DNA of 44,649 nt from a virus (Duplodnaviria > Caudoviricetes), in IMG/VR virus record IMGVR_UViG_3300037461_001292, positions 1 through 44,649 of that record. The stretch is one strand, 5' to 3'. The notes beneath the pieces are model-generated. The model was not told where the DNA came from. It saw only the letters and a program-made list of their open reading frames with translations, and made no database searches. Shown here one piece after another: positions 43,865 to 44,649 of this stretch (the stretch's first letter is position 1; each line of letters opens with the position of its first letter). The position numbers and the translations under genes were made by a program.

Positions 43865-44649
43865 ATGGCAATCCAAAAGACCGACATCAATCCAGCCACA
43901 GGACAACCCTACGCAGTCAACCCCGCTACTGGAGTTTGGGATGACACGTATTGGTCTGAGGTGGTAGAACCCAGCTTGGGCATGGGCGGGGGAAGCCCTG
44001 AACAGATGGCTCAGCAGATGATTGACGCTATGATGGCTCCCTATAAGGAAGCATTGGACAGGGCAAGCCAGTTTGAAAAGGACAATCCTTTCTTCTTTGA
44101 TGAGGAAATGGCAAGGGCTTCGGCTTCGGAAAGGTTTGACCCCTACTACAACGCCGAGCTTAACGATTTCATTTCTGGAATAGAAAGAACCAGGCAGAGA
44201 AGCGTTCAGGACGAACAGAAGGTATTGACCGAACTGACCGCCCAAACAGAAGATTATCTGGGAAGAACCAAACGCCAGCTTGACCAGGCAATCAGGGCAA
44301 GCGAGGAAGGCATGGCTGGAGCGGGACTGTTCTTTTCAGGTGACAGGCTAAGGCGGACAGGGGAAAAGGAAGTAGAGGCAGGACAGCAAAGGCGGACTTT
44401 CCTAAGAGGACAGGAACTCTCGGAAGGCGAGGCAAGGCTCGGCAGGTTAAGGACAGAGGAAGATTTGGGGGCACAGGAAAGGACTTATAGGAGGCAATGG
44501 GGTGCGGAACGGGAAACCGCCCTGCAGACCGATACCGAAAAGCAGAAGCAGGAAGAAAAAACCCGTTACGAGCTTGAACGCCAGCAATTTATAGGTTATC
44601 CTTTAAGTGGAGGGTCAGATAGCTTCCTGAACATGGCAAGCTACTTGTA
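43865..44649 (+). CDS. Putative internal virion/ejection protein (runs to the window edge)
   Basis: Not in ORF track; open from MAIQKTDINPATGQPY to the end; helical, Q/E/R-rich, with a GMAGAGLFFSG motif; preceded by TTGCAA-18-TATCAT. Confidence 0.7.
   Translation, partial: MAIQKTDINPATGQPYAVNPATGVWDDTYWSEVVEPSLGMGGGSPEQMAQQMIDAMMAPYKEALDRASQFEKDNPFFFDEEMARASASERFDPYYNAELNDFISGIERTRQRSVQDEQKVLTELTAQTEDYLGRTKRQLDQAIRASEEGMAGAGLFFSGDRLRRTGEKEVEAGQQRRTFLRGQELSEGEARLGRLRTEEDLGAQERTYRRQWGAERETALQTDTEKQKQEEKTRYELERQQFIGYPLSGGSDSFLNMASYL

Larger units (their letters stand above)
1..44649. mobile_element. Segment of a tailed dsDNA phage genome (probably podovirus-like)
   Basis: Co-linear terS, terL, portal, scaffold, capsid, adaptor and tail-nozzle-like genes on +; small early genes on -; no host housekeeping genes or integrase in the window. 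Confidence 0.96.

Noticed and set aside
43760-44474. Minus-strand ORFs 43760..44245 and 44292..44474
   Set aside because: Antisense to the untracked + ORF starting at 43865, which has a promoter and stays open to the window end

Overview
A 44.6-kb segment of a tailed dsDNA bacteriophage (code 11), probably podovirus-like: it has a large portal, an adaptor and tail-nozzle-like genes, and no tape measure gene is visible here. Bases 1-4.6 kb hold a leftward cluster of small early/replication genes (RusA-like resolvase, SSB-like, RHH and HTH proteins) behind several near-consensus sigma70-type promoters. Bases 4.7-14.6 kb hold terS, a structured non-coding interval, terL with a LAGLIDADG intein, portal, a lysozyme-like protein, scaffold, decoration protein and major capsid protein. 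The standout feature lies inside the virion module: a ~15-kb block of soluble glycosylation genes (about 10 glycosyltransferases, UDP-sugar dehydrogenase, RfbH-like 3-dehydrase, sugar aminotransferase, acetyltransferase, cupin epimerase/isomerase, 2 methyltransferases, deacetylase). It is flanked on both sides by nine genes carrying nearly pure Ser/Thr, mucin-like tracts, up to ~750 residues in one protein. My best reading (inference) is a phage-encoded O-glycosylation system that builds a mucin-like glycan coat on the virion. All product calls come from motif recognition by eye; no database search was run.
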